64,000 bases of DNA from Podarcis filfolensis (lineage: Eukaryota), in assembly GCA_964270895.1 (NCBI GenBank), contig OZ185441.1. One strand, 5' to 3'. A model generated the notes under the pieces. It saw only the letters and a program-made list of their open reading frames with translations, was not told where the DNA came from and ran no database searches. The translations under genes and the position numbers were made by a program. Positions 1-12,744 of the stretch are shown one piece after another (positions within the stretch are counted from its first letter, which is position 1; every line of letters starts with the position of its first letter).

Positions 1-1100
1 GGACCTGTGCATAAATCTGCTTCATACTACCCCACTGAAAAAGTCATGTTTAACCAAGATAAAATTTGCCCCCTTATATGAATTTAATTCAACAGCATTG
101 AGTGAATCAGCAACAATACTTCTCTCTTGCTTTCTCAGCTTTAATCCTAAGTACCTGCATCTAGGATCAAAGTGTGGTTGTTTTAGGGATGGATAACTGA
201 AGATAAACAAAATATAAATAAGGTTTATTTTAGCCTTCCTACCTGCAGATCAAACAAATCCCAGGTATGAAAATATTCAAAGGTTGTGGTGGCAAAGCAC
301 TGTCAAATATGAAATGCTAAGGTATAATTTGCACTGCTTATCTGTTCTTTAATCACAAAGTATGGGGGGAAGTGGGCATGCAGGCATCAGTGCGGCTCCC
401 AAAGTCCCCAGCCCACCCTGTCTGTGGAATTGGGAAGTCTGCATTACCTAGATCCCTGATTGTGATAGACATGCTCAGCTGAATGCAGTTAGAAGCCCCA
501 TTCAGACCTCCCCACTCAATACAGGAAGGTCAGAGTGGAGAGCTACCATCCCTGCTACCCTATTCTCCAACTCAGGCTCCCACAGTTTAGCCCCTGCTCC
601 ACACCATTTCATCCCTCTACTCCATCAGAGCCTGCCAACCCAAACCTGATCTTGACACCTGACATTCCAGGTTCAGTCCATAGTATCTCCAGTTGGCCTC
701 AAATAATTATTATTATTTAATTTTTTTCTTTCTCTCTGTTTGGGGTGGGACAAATGTTCAGTTGGGGCGGGGGTTAGTTTAATTTTAGCACAATTGTTTT
801 TTGCTTTGTTTTTACTTTTACTATTTTGTTAGGTTGTTGTATAGTTTGTATTTTGCTTTTTAAGGGGAAAGGGTCAGGGCTGCCTGGAGGTGGGCCGCAG
901 CCAACAGAATGGCTGGGGCAGGTTCCACAGGGGCGGAAGCACCGGGACATCCGATCTTGGTGATCATGGGGAGGAGGAGTTATGCTAAGACCAGACCATG
1001 TCATTACCAAAGAAGCAGGCTTAGTCATTGTTTGAGGACTATCCCTGCTTCCGGGTCTGGTCCTGACTAGAAGGATACTGAAATCAGCAAGGGAAACCCA

Positions 1101-1370
1101 CATGACCTGAAGGTGCTGCTGTGCAATGCCAGATCAATGATGAATAAAACCACTGCCATCCACAACATGATTGTGGATGGAGGACTTGACCTGGCATGTG
1201 TGACAGAGACTTGGCTGGATGAAGCAGATGGGCCTGTTTTAGGAAGTCATTAGTTTGCACCAGGCATCCTATTGGGAAGATCCAGTTTTCTGAGTGCATG
1301 TTCTGTAAGTTAGGAAATAGGGGCAGTAAAGCATTCCTTTTGGTGTACCGACCTCCCCGCTGCACCAACT
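1101..1370 (+). mobile_element. L2-clade LINE fragment, N-terminal AP-endonuclease region of ORF2 (degraded; probably extends upstream to ~810)
   Basis: 1107-1235 reads LKVLLCNARSMMNKTTAIHNMIVDGGLDLACVTETWLDEADGP (NARS..NK and ETWL endonuclease motifs). After a deletion/frameshift, 1340-1357 reads LVYRPP. Confidence 0.8.
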
Positions 1371-1501
1371 ATAGTTGTTTTCCAAGGCAGTGATAATGAC
1401 CAGAACTAGCCAGAAATTTCCAGACACCCAGAACAAAACCAGATACAATACAAATGAACAGGTGTGGTATTTTAGCATTGTGGGTAAAAAAAAAAAAAGT
1501 T

Positions 1502-1802
1502 AAAGGGAAAGGTAAAGGACCCCTGGATGGTTTTAAGTCCAGTCAAAGGTGACTATGGGGTTGGGGCACTCATCTCTCTTTCAGGCCAAGGGAGCCAGCA
1601 TTTGTCCACAGACAGCTTTCCAGGTCATGTGGCCAGCATGACTAAACCGCTTCTGGCGCAACAGAACACTGTGCCAAAAACCAGAGCGCATAGAAACACC
1701 ATTTACCTTCCCGCTGCAGAGGTACCTATTTATCTACTTGCACTGGTATGCTTTCAAACTGCTAGGTTGGCAGAAGCTGGGACAGAGCAACGGGAGCTCA
1801 CC
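1502..1802 (-). mobile_element. Sauria SINE, 5'-truncated, diverged subfamily
   Basis: Matches the other Sauria SINE copies in the window (gggtcatgtggccagcatgact...ggtacctatttatctacttgcac...gctaggttggcag). The tRNA-like head is missing. Confidence 0.85.
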
Positions 1803-2537
1803 TTTGGAGCACATGTTTTAAAGCATATTGTTCCTGATCCTCCCAGGAAAACCCTGGTGGCAACACTCTATTTGTGGACTCGTGGCCTTTGCAAATTTGG
1901 TGATCTTCAGTGTCTTAGAAGGCATAATATCCTTTCTAAGACAGCAAAGCTAGAACATAATTTCACTAGTCATTACTCAACTTTCCAAGCTTCATTTGCT
2001 GACCTACATTACTGGCAAAGGAGGTCTAGTAGCTGGCCAAAAAAACAATGTCTAAAATGTGCTGACACATATATATGGCAAGCTCACCCACTAAGTACTA
2101 TTTCTGTCTTACCAGATGTCCCTGCCTACACCATGCTGTGAGCTCCAGCTATTTGTTCCAGCTATTGGTTCCCTTTGGACACTCCATGGAGTAAACACTG
2201 CTCTGAAAGCCATATTGATAACATGGTAAATTGCACCTTGTCCACATCCTCAAGCCTTACCAACATACAGTAACAATATAGCTACTCAGCTGAACATACA
2301 TCCTGAAATGTCAGCAGTATGGTATAAATCAGTCCTCATACTGAACTGCATTCTTTTTACAAGAAGCATTTACACCAGAGAAAGGCAAGCTGTATTAGGG
2401 AAAGGGCCACATTACCCCAGTGAAGAGTTGTTGGGGGTCACATTCCAGTAAAGGGCAGGTCCCTTTCTATTTCCCATAGAAATAAAAACATAGATTTAAC
2501 TCACAGTAACTGCATTCAGTGTTCACCCTCTATTTCT

Positions 2538-2681
2538 NNNNNNNNNNNNNNNNNNNNNNNNNNNNNNNNNNNNNNNNNNNNNNNNNNNNNNNNNNNNNNN
2601 NNNNNNNNNNNNNNNNNNNNNNNNNNNNNNNNNNNNNNNNNNNNNNNNNNNNNNNNNNNNNNNNNNNNNNNNNNNNNNNNN
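2538..2681. other. Assembly gap (144 N)
   Basis: Run of N bases. Confidence 1.
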
Positions 2682-2849
2682 TTACCTGTCCTCAGGGGGC
2701 AAAAATAACTCGGTAATCCCAGCAGAAGAGTGTAAATAATGTCAGTCTCCAGATGAACTACAAGCCCTGCTTCACAGCTATTCAAAACTGCAAAATGCAA
2801 CTGCAACCCCATGCATCCAATTACTAAATGGATGGACACTTTTTGCATA

Positions 2850-3091
2850 CAGTGGTACCTCGGGTTAAGTACTTAATTCGTTCCGGAGGTCCGTTCTTAA
2901 CCTGAAACTGTTCTTAACCTGAAGCACCACTTTAGCTAATGGGGCTTCCTGCTGCTGTCGCGCCACCAGAGCACGATTTCTGTTCTTATCCTGAAGCAAA
3001 GTTCTTAACCTGAAGCACTACTTCTGGGTTAACGGAGTCTGTAACCTGAAGCATATGTAACCTGAAACGTATGTAACCCGAGGTACCACTG
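2850..3091. mobile_element. Tc1/mariner (Tigger-like) MITE, 242 bp
   Basis: Perfect 18-bp TIRs CAGTGGTACCTCGGGTTA / TAACCCGAGGTACCACTG, TA duplication at 2848-49 and 3092-93, internal repeated TAACCTGAA motif. Confidence 0.92.
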
Positions 3092-4896
3092 TATTTGAAA
3101 GAAACTCAAGTCTGCTTCCCTCTTTGCCAAAATGTTTCTCCCTCTGCTTTGATCTTGCAACAAATCTCCATTCAGAAGGAGGAGCTACAATTGCACACTT
3201 TATACAATAACAAAGTCATTTTGCTTCTCTCTGAACTTCTGTTGGGAAGACTGTGGTCCCAAAGTCTGGATGAAATCAATGCAGATGCAGACCTGGGTAC
3301 CAAACTGATGATATTCACAAAATACAAACCTCCCCATACCTATCCTTCCTGCAAATCTACGTCACCAACAGAGAGGAGCACCATTTAGGATCCTGCTTCA
3401 AAAGCCCTGATCTCAGACATTTTCCAGACTGAACTGAGGAAAGCAATTTTAAAATTGTATTTTCAAAACATCTGCTACTATAATTGTAGCAATGCTGTCA
3501 ATAACCCAGGTCAAACAGTTTTACTCACACACCTTTAATATCAGGAATTTGCACTTTGGGCATTAGTACCTAAAACATAAGTCTATTTATATGTTTTTGC
3601 AGATGTCGCTCAGCAGAAAAGACCTATTAAATAAGCCATACATAAAGGTATAGTAAAATAACATGTGTTTCAAATCAGGTGAATGGGAAGGTGCCTTTTT
3701 CTAAATTGCTTTGATTTCTGGACTGCATCTGCTTCTCCACAAGGTGGATATATTTCTGCAATAGAAGCATAATAGACTACTTTTGTGTTCACTTAAACAG
3801 GGGGGCTTCAGAGCCAATGTTTCATCACTGAGTAGCATATGGTAGCAATGTATTCCATGACAAAGTTCAATCCCATTCCAGTCTATCTCACAAACCTCTA
3901 ACCATCTGAGACTTGCCTGTGACAAGTCACAATTATGCACGAGGTCAGCTTATGCAAATCACCTAAATTGGTGGCGCCATGCCAATTTATGCCATCTGTG
4001 GACCTAGACCTGCAGCTTCCCATAGTTGGCAGAGCCATGATATTTCGACTGATGCTGATTGGAGAGGTTTAAACATTTCAGTAATAGGTATTTAGATAAA
4101 TCTTAGAGGTTAAGCCAGGGAAATCTATCATCTTCAGGCAAGTCCACCGAACTGGCAAAGCTACCCCTCCATTTATATTTAACATTGGAGGGGGTGGGAA
4201 GGCAACAAAGACACATCATCAAAGTGTGATATAAATTGAAAAGCCTGGAAACGTGTGAAAAGCGAGAGAATTTTCTGTGCTAAGATACTTTTCCTCATAG
4301 GCTTAACTCTAGTGTTACAGTATCACAATCCAGGGGTTTGTAAAGGCCTGTGGCACATTCTAGGGGCAGGTTTGGTGGGTTTTTTGCTCTCAGTAGGAAT
4401 TTAGCTTCCCATCTTTGATTATGGTGCACAGAAAAATAATAATAAGCATTTTTTCCCAGTGGAAGTCCCATTCAGCAGTGGGGTTACTGCTGCTGCTCTT
4501 CCTAAGCCTGGCAAGGAAAACAAGTCTTGCAAAGAGTGTTCTATGCCTAGTTTCCAGGCTATACAGATGTAGGATCCAGGCAAAGTCCCCCTTCCCTAGT
4601 CCTGCCACTTCTACACCCCCAGAATGCCCCTTTTAGGGAGACTTGCAGTAACCTCGGCTCAGCCAGCCGATCCCCAGCTGAGCAAGTTACCCAGGCACAT
4701 CTTTGGCTGAGCTGGGGTTGGGGGCATAACCCTGGCTGAGCAAGGAATCAGCAGATTGAAGAGGCATTTTCCAGTATCCTAAGCTGCCCACCCCAGCAGA
4801 TCTTGGCATAGGATTGCCCATGAAACCACCACAAATAAAGATAAAAGCAGTCAGTGGAATTAGTAAGAATAACCAAGCAGCATAACAGTAATTCAC

Positions 4897-5128
4897 TTTT
4901 TATTTAATTTATTATAACATTGATATTCCACCTTCTCTTGAAAGAGCGCAAGGTGACATACACACTTTTCCTCCTATCCTTTTTATCCTCACAATAACCC
5001 TGTGAGGTAGATTAGGCTGAGACGCAGTGACAGGCCCAACGTCACCATGTGAGCTTCATGGCTGTGTGGGGATTTGAACCCTAGTGTCACAGGTCCTAGT
5101 CCAGCCCTCTAACCACTCCACCACACTG
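4897..5128 (-). mobile_element. Squam3-like tRNA-derived SINE with AT-rich tail
   Basis: Minus strand reads cagtgtggtggagtggttagagggctggactaggacc...ggttcaaatcccc (box A/B-like head), then ...cctcacagggttattgtgaggataaaa. Confidence 0.75.
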
Positions 5129-6241
5129 TATATATACAGAGAATACAGAGGAAAGACCCATTGAAATCAATGGATTTGATTCCAATGGATCTACTGCAAG
5201 TATGATTGTGGTGGTGACAATATATAACCTACACAATCATTCTTCAACCCTTATATCAGGATATACCCTAGAGAAAGACAAAGAGGGTGCCTGAGAATTT
5301 GAAAGAACAGAGAACATTAAGCACCATCATCTCAGGGCCCATGTACGGATTGCTATTCTTACTGCTACTAAAGGAGGTTGTATCAGTCTCATTTGTCTTT
5401 TAGGATTAGAAAGTTAAGCTATCACAGGAAAAACTAAGTCCTTTCCATTCAGTCGAGCAGGGCACCAACAAAAATCCAAAATTTGCACAATGCTTCAGGA
5501 TGTTATTAGTTATATCTACTGCTTTCACAATCTCTGCCGCCACATAACTGTCTTTTACAGCAATGCCACTAATATTTATGAAAACTGCAAGAGGTCCTCA
5601 GATTACAACATTCAGAGCACTTGCTCACAATTTAGCCACATTAGTAATAAAAAATCAAAACAATTAAAGAGAAGTTAATTCAAACATTCTCAAAAATCAA
5701 TTAGTTTTTATCAGTCCAATTCTAATTGGATCCAATTAGCATCCAACTCTAATTTAAAGTTTCAATAACTGTTTTACAGCTAGTTATATTATCTGATTCA
5801 TGCCTCTGGGTTAGAGATTGCAGGAAACTGGTGGAGGCTTGAAGACTTTCAACTCACAATTTCTTAAGGGGTAGGCGAAAGGATGCCCTCCAGATATTGC
5901 TGAATTAGAACTCCCAGTATCCCTTACCATTGCCCTACTAGTTGGGGATGATGGAGTTGTACTCCTTAAAATCTGGAGGGCACCATGTTGCCTACCTTTG
6001 GACTGCACTTTTCTAAGCATATGCGTTTTAGCCCATTGAATGGTAGTCAGCTAGGTAGCCTCCAGATCTTGTTGGACTCCAAATCCCATTAACCTGAGCC
6101 ATGTTTGGATCCCTGCTTAGTCCCTGCTTAGTCATAAATCACAGGAGTTGGAGGGTACCTCCGTCTTCCCTCCCCTGCCTGATCTATTGCTACCTGATTT
6201 TTGGAGGAGAAATGAGATAGAACTTGGATTTCTTATATGAA

Positions 6242-6570
6242 TAAAGGTAAAGGGACCCCTGACCATTAGGTCCAGTCGTGGCCGACTCTGGGGTTGTGGT
6301 GCTCCTCTCACTTTATTGGCCAAGGGAGCTGGCATACACCTTCTGGGTCATGTGGCCAGCATGACTAAGCTGCTTCTGGCGAACCAGAGCAGCGCATGGA
6401 AACGCCGTTTACCTTTCCGCCGGAGCGGTACCTATTTATCTACTTGCACTTTGATGTGCTTTTGAACTGCTAGGTTGGCAGGAGCAAGGAGCTCACCCCG
6501 TCGCGGGGATTCGAACCGCCGACCTTCTGATCGGCAAGTCCTAGGCTCTGTGGTTTAACCCACAGCGCCA
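6242..6570 (-). mobile_element. Sauria SINE, near full length
   Basis: tRNA-like head with box B GGTTCGAATCC, conserved body, ACCTTT tail. Has a short internal deletion compared with the 62 kb and 63.7 kb copies. Confidence 0.93.
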
Positions 6571-6719
6571 ACAAGTAAATAATCAATCGAGTCTTCTACT
6601 TCTACTTTTTCCTCAAACTGGCATGGGGCAGTGGCAGCGGGTAGAGTACATAGTATTTATATATCAATGTGCTTCATGTGTGTGTGATGCTTAAAATTCT
6701 GTAAAGCGAGTCTACTACT

Positions 6720-6848
6720 TTCCCCACATTCCCACATGAAGGACTGAGGCTTCCCCAAGGTCAGAAGGTGAGTTTGTGGCAGATGAGAGATTCAAACCAG
6801 GGACTTCCAGATCAGGAGCTCATTCCCTTAGCCATTATGCTACACCAG
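6720..6848 (-). mobile_element. Old MIR/Squam3-like SINE remnant
   Basis: gactgagg...ccccaaggtca...gattcaaacc...cttagccattatgctacaccag resembles the reverse complement of a tRNA-headed CORE-type SINE. Confidence 0.5.
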
Positions 6849-6923
6849 TTATCAGTCCTCCTCCATCCACAAAAGAACTGACCCATCAAAATCCCGTGTG
6901 TGTGTGTTTAACCACTTTAGCAT

Positions 6924-7213
6924 CATGGGCGTAGCCAGGGGGCAACAGAAGCAGCTGCCCACCCCATCAAGTAAATAAATAAAAATACTTAACTAAAAGT
7001 AGAAATTGTAGAAAGATTGTGACAGATTTTTCTGAGCACTTGGGGTCAAAAGAAAGTAATTTTAAAAACTGTTATTGAGACATTTCATTCCAAATCTGCT
7101 AGACAGAGCCAGACAGAGGATGATGACATGTGGGATGTCCTGCTCCACTAACATAAATCCTGGCTACACCCCCCCCCACACACACACACACTTAAATCCT
7201 GGCTACGCCCATG
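6924..7213. mobile_element. hAT MITE, 290 bp
   Basis: 16-bp TIRs CATGGGCGTAGCCAGG / CCTGGCTACGCCCATG; 8-bp TSD TTTAGCAT (6916-23) / TTTGGCAT (7214-21). Confidence 0.9.
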
Positions 7214-8396
7214 TTTGGCATGATGTTCCATCAGCAGTAGGGGTTTTACAGCAGTCAACCCCAGTTATGAGAGCAGAATTGCTCTTCAACACCCTCAGTC
7301 AACTCCAGCCTACATGCATAGTGTGGAACTACTTGCAGTGTATCGCTGCCTTTGGAGTCCGTGCCATTTCATGATATTCCCTGCTGCTTTAGCACAGATG
7401 GTGCAGCATTTAAATATTTCATTGTTTCTGTTTTTGCTTTGATTTACGGTATGCGATACTTGTCTCGTTTTACAAGGAGTTCAGTAACAAATGGCAGTCA
7501 AATATCTGCACATTCCTTTTTCTCTTTTCATTTGTTCTGGGCTGTAATTCCGAAAAGCTCTGCTTTAGAGACAGTTTTATGCATTCAGGCACAGCGATGA
7601 TAGTCCCTTGGATTCAATGGGATGGCATGAACAGATGTTTGTAATATTGGAAAGGAAATAACGATGGGATAAAGTGACAGGGAATAATGTTCACAGGTGT
7701 ACCAAAATGAGAGCTACTTATTAACTGAACCTCTTCTTTGTAATCGGTAGCTTAAATTACTCTTCAGAGTCATGTGCCATTAGAAGCTTCCTGGAAGACT
7801 TGGAATTTGAAGTAAATATCACATCTAAATATATAAAAATCTCCGTATACAAATTGCACTTACGAAGGAAAAGTAAGTGTTGACTGCCATATTAAATCCA
7901 AAACGGATGCCTATTTTGTAAAGAGGGGTGCTAATACGAACTTTTTCTGTGGTTTATTTCTATAGACTGCAGAATGATATTATACACTATTATTCTTTAT
8001 TAAAATTGTATACCATCCTTCATCCGAAGATCACAGGGTGGTGCACAACATAAAAATACAAAATGAAAACATTGTATATGTTTTTTCCCATGTTTCCCTC
8101 CAGACCTCTTTTGGAGTAGGCTAACAGGTAAGCCTCCAGATGTTTGGAGGCTACTAACTCCCAACAGCCCCAGCCAGTATGGCCAACGGTCAGGGATGAT
8201 GGGAGTTGTAATCCATCAGCATCTGGCGGGCCAGATAACTCCCACTTATTCCTATTACTCTATATCCATGTATAGTTAAGGCTACAATTTTAACCCCACT
8301 TACCTGGAAGTAAGCTCCATTGAAGTTGGTAGGACTTCTGAGAAAGTGGATTGCCTGGCCCTGTAAATTATGCAAGAGCTTCCTTGGCTGGGTACA

Positions 8397-8440
<44 letters not shown>
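8397..8440. repeat. (CTAT)11 microsatellite
   Basis: Direct count. Confidence 0.97.
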
Positions 8441-8442
<2 letters not shown>

Positions 8443-10624
8443 GATTCCATTAGCCAATTCTGGCGACATTCATATGTGGATTTCTTGAGAAACTTAACCA
8501 TTTGTTCACAGTTTGACATTCCCCACTTGCCTCAAGAGAACCTGTGTTCTGACTATGTAGCATTGAGCATTTTCTCTTGCTGCTTGGTTGGCTACCATCA
8601 GATGCCAAATAGCAAGAACGCAGGAGAGATTTAAGCACCACGAGGCAGACGCTGCTGGGGGTTTGTACATTTATGTTTTGATTCCAGTTAAACAATACCC
8701 AGAGGGCCACCATACTAACAAGCTTTATAATGATTGACTTCACCAGCCACTTTGAGACCTTGGCTTCAGCTGAGTAGCTCGAAACTTCAATTAGCATGAA
8801 ATTTATGTCTGAGAAAAGAGCAGTGATGCATTGGTTTGGTTTTATTGTCCTCAAGGTCTGACTCACACATAACATTTATGCTTAGTAATTTCAGGCAATC
8901 AAAATTAAGCAATTTAATCTATAGCATGTGGACAGAACCGAATATGCTGGTGACTACTGTACATACTTTTGCTTATACTGTTTATATAATGCTTAAGTAG
9001 ATATTGCAATTTTAGTGGCGAAAGACCCATGAAATTTTACAAATGGAGAGTCCATTTGTTGCCCCCATTATTCTGAATGCATTATCTGTCCCTTCGACTA
9101 CCCTCCTGAAGCCAGTTCCTCATTTGGAGCACAGCTTTGTAAATGTATCACTCTCTTGACCAAAAGAGCCCTAAAGCTACAGACAGTAATAACTAGAAAG
9201 CCACAGCCTTTTTTGTACCTAGACTCAAAAGACCAGAAATCCCCTCACAATTTTTCTATCAGTAGCTCCCTTTATAAAGACTCCTAGGGCAGAAGAATGG
9301 AAGAATGGGGCATGACAGAAGGAAGCAGTGATCTCTCTCTCCCCTTCCTCACTCTTCTCAACGAAACAGCGAGTCACTCCAACTCCAAGGCCCTCACAAA
9401 AGGACCTTTTGTCAAAAGCCCTAGATTCCAGTTCACTTTCTCTTCCTAATTCTCTTTCCGTTTGAGCTATAGAATTTTCATCCTCATAGAATAACAGAAG
9501 TTTTGTACTCTTTGTGGAAGAGAACCCAGAAAAATACTACTTGAGATTCTACACTTATCTTGCCATCACACATTATCCCAGTATCTTGTTATAAAAGGCT
9601 TAAACAAATAGCATGATAATAGATTGGAACTGATTCAATGTTAATTGGGTAAACTGTGTTCCAAGGCTTAATGAAGAATCCCTGATCCTTCTTCAGTCTG
9701 GCATGCCTACTGCCTCATTCTTTAAACAGAGCAATTAGGACTTATCTCCCACAGCTGGTGTCCCATGGAATCAGAAGTGGAGGAAAAGGTGCTTCGAGAG
9801 TGAATGGATCCTACTGAATTGTATTAGCAGTAATTTAGCCCTTTAAAAGGAAGACTTAACAGAGTTGGTAAGCAGAAGCAAGGTTATTTGTTTCTGTTGG
9901 AGACTATGCACCTCCTGTGAGTGTGCAAAGCATACAAAGTATGAAGAACCATTTTGTCTTTCTGGTTTTGTTTTGTTTTCTCTTGGGCCCAAAGGCTGCA
10001 ATTCTATACACACTTACCTGGGAGTATGTCCCACTGAGCTCAGTGGGCTTTGCTTCAGTGGGAGTATGTCCCACTGAGCTCAGTGGGCATACGCAAGATT
10101 GCTCTGCACGGCACATACTTTCCACACAGTTCAGGCCAAAAAATAAATTCCCTTACAGCAAGGCTGTCTTGCCTATAGCTGGTTTGAACAACTATCAAGA
10201 AGATGCTTCTCTTTCTTAAAACAAACGAACACCTGTGCTCAGCCTTAGAGGAAACATGAAATTGTTTTGAGTTGAACCATTATGTCCTAAGCAGGCGAGC
10301 CAGGTCAGTTCTGGAAGGCAAGAGTTGTTACATCAGGAGGACTGTTACTGCAGCAATTTGCACCATCCTGTGTGCCAATTGAATCTTGCTTCAAATCACA
10401 CTTTGTCACAAAAGCATTTGAAGCTGGCAATCTTTTGAATTTTAGTACTAGTCATTTTTCCAGGCTCCAAAACTTTATGTCAAGCAGGCAGATACCCCAT
10501 GGATCCCTTGCGAAGACAAATATCTAATTCTGTCAAAAGGAAATGGCTGCCAATAACAATGCTTTTCCTATCCCTATATTTATAATGTTTATCTTCTCTC
10601 TGGGGACAATGCTGGTAAAGGGTT

Positions 10625-10994
10625 TGTTATGTACTGAGTTGAATAGGATCCAAACTGCAGCAGTCTGATTGGTCCTAGAACAATAGGATCCAAAAGGCAG
10701 CAGTCTGATTGGTCCTAGAACAATAGGATTCAGAATGCAGCAGTCTGATTGGTCCTAGAACAAGGCAGCAGTATGATTGGTTGGCAGGAACCACCCAATC
10801 ATGCTCCAAATAGAAGTGAATCCACAACCTGATTGGCTTACAGTAGAATTCCGGAATTAGCCAATCATGTGCAGTCCATTGTGTAAATAATGTATATAAA
10901 GCAGATGCTTTGAGGGGACTTTCTTTCATTCCTCCTCACCACTATGAGCTGAATAAAGAGCATGAAATCACTTTGCGACTCTGAGTATATTTCA
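10625..10994 (+). mobile_element. Solo LTR, 370 bp
   Basis: TG...CA ends, exact 5-bp TSD GGGTT (10620-24, 10995-99), TATATAAA at 10893-10900, AATAAA at 10952-57, 40-bp tandem U3 repeats. Confidence 0.9.
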
Positions 10995-12033
10995 GGGTTA
11001 TAGACAGAGAGATAAATAAAAATATTTAAGGGTTTTTCTCCTATTAGATTTGTGTTTGGGAGCTTCCTCAGGAAGCACAAAGACTGCAATCCAACTCCCA
11101 GTTAGTCTGCTTAAATTTCATTTCTTTCAGGAGGACTTAAGCAGCCAAAAAGTGTACAGGATTGTCATCCAGGAAACCTCTTTGGAGGAGCCAGAATGAA
11201 ACTGTGTGTGAGAAATGCATTATTCATGTGGATATCCAAATTACTTGCATCCAATTAGCAATAACATCCACAGAATATTTGGCACAGATGTCTGCAGTAT
11301 GTGTGTGTTTTTAACTTCACTGTAAATATTAACCAAAAAAACTTAATTGTATCATAAGGGTCTTGGATTACACACTGTAAAGTAGTGATTCATGCCTCAT
11401 AAAGGCACAATCCAAGAATATTAGATGCAGCCAAGTCTCACTCTTATATTTAACTGGGTGCTTAAATCCCATACATTTCAATGGAGCAATGCCTCATTCC
11501 ATCTACACACACCGAATCCTGGAATCTCATGGAGTTGCAATTCCAGCCCCCTTGACAAACTACAGTTCCCAGAATCCTTGTGGGGTGCTTTAAAAGTGCT
11601 TTAAATGCCCAACCCCATCCCCGCTAATCCCCCTGGCTCACCACCCACTATTCCACTCCACAGCACAAAACTTCCAGATAAAAACCTGGCCATCTCCTTT
11701 CTTGTAACTTGCTCTTTGATATTGTCTTAAGCATGTGTTCCCTGCATGATTGCCTCACAGTGGAGCTTCTCTGATTTTTACTTATAACAAAGAGTACATG
11801 GAGTAGAGTGTTAGGGTCTGTCTCACAAGGAAAGGAGATTTAAGATCCATCATGTGAGACAGCCCCTCACCTGTATTTTGAAGGGGTTTTCATTGGCTCT
11901 GTGGGGACTGGGATATGATGATGTGGTCTGGCATTGAAGCATGATGTCAGTAACACCCTAAGTCAAACTGAGGACCCCACAAAGCCTCTTGTCACTCTGT
12001 AATTCTGATTCTGTACTTTTCTGTCCAATATAC

Positions 12034-12043
12034 TGTGTGTGTC

Positions 12044-12076
<33 letters not shown>
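12034..12076. repeat. (TG)n microsatellite (interrupted)
   Basis: Direct observation. Confidence 0.95.
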
Positions 12077-12078
<2 letters not shown>

Positions 12079-12744
12079 CTCTAGGCTCATGGGCTTTGCA
12101 AAAAGCGAGGCTGCCCAAAATACTGTCTCTGAAGCACTGAAGAGCACCTGGATGGTTATTTGTTAAAACATAGTGGCGGTTTATTTTTTAAAAGCTAGAA
12201 GCTTCGTTTAAGCTTTCAACAAAAAACAAACAAACCCTGAGCTCTTTCGAATCCTGCGGGCAGCATTCTAGATTGCCCAAATTGCATGGCATAAGAGGAT
12301 AAAAACAACCACTGGAAAGAAAGGCCAGTGTGAAGCTGCAAAGTTTTTTAAAGCATGCAGGGCGCAAGTATGCACGCCACTCAGACACTACTTATTTTAA
12401 GATAACAAACAGCAAGAGAGGAAAACCCCTGCTCACACCCTTAAGGGAGAATAATGAATCCTTTCTACTTATAAAGTAAATGCCATGGATTTACTTGTCG
12501 GCAACTTGGTAAGTGTAATCCACTCTGAAGGGGCACTTGTTCCTCTAAATTTCATCAGCTTCAACCAAAAGGGGTGAGAGTTATAACCATTTTTAGATTT
12601 CTCATTATAGTGAATGGAGGGAAGCAGGCTTTCATTTCATACAGAGTGGTTCAGAACCTAAAACATGATCAAACCTGAGGGAGGAAAGAATGACTTGAAA
12701 ACATGGACAATCTTTTTAAAAGTTTCAAATACCAATACAAAGTA

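Noticed and set aside
1527-2141. 204-aa plus-strand ORF
   Set aside because: Starts in the antisense strand of a Sauria SINE, runs into unique DNA, and has no recognisable domain or splice support.
2516-2848. ORFs of 110 aa and 65 aa spanning 2516-2848
   Set aside because: Artefacts of reading through the N gap.
10642-10761. 40-bp regularly spaced repeats as a CRISPR array
   Set aside because: Head-to-tail tandem units without unique spacers, inside a eukaryotic LTR; no cas genes.
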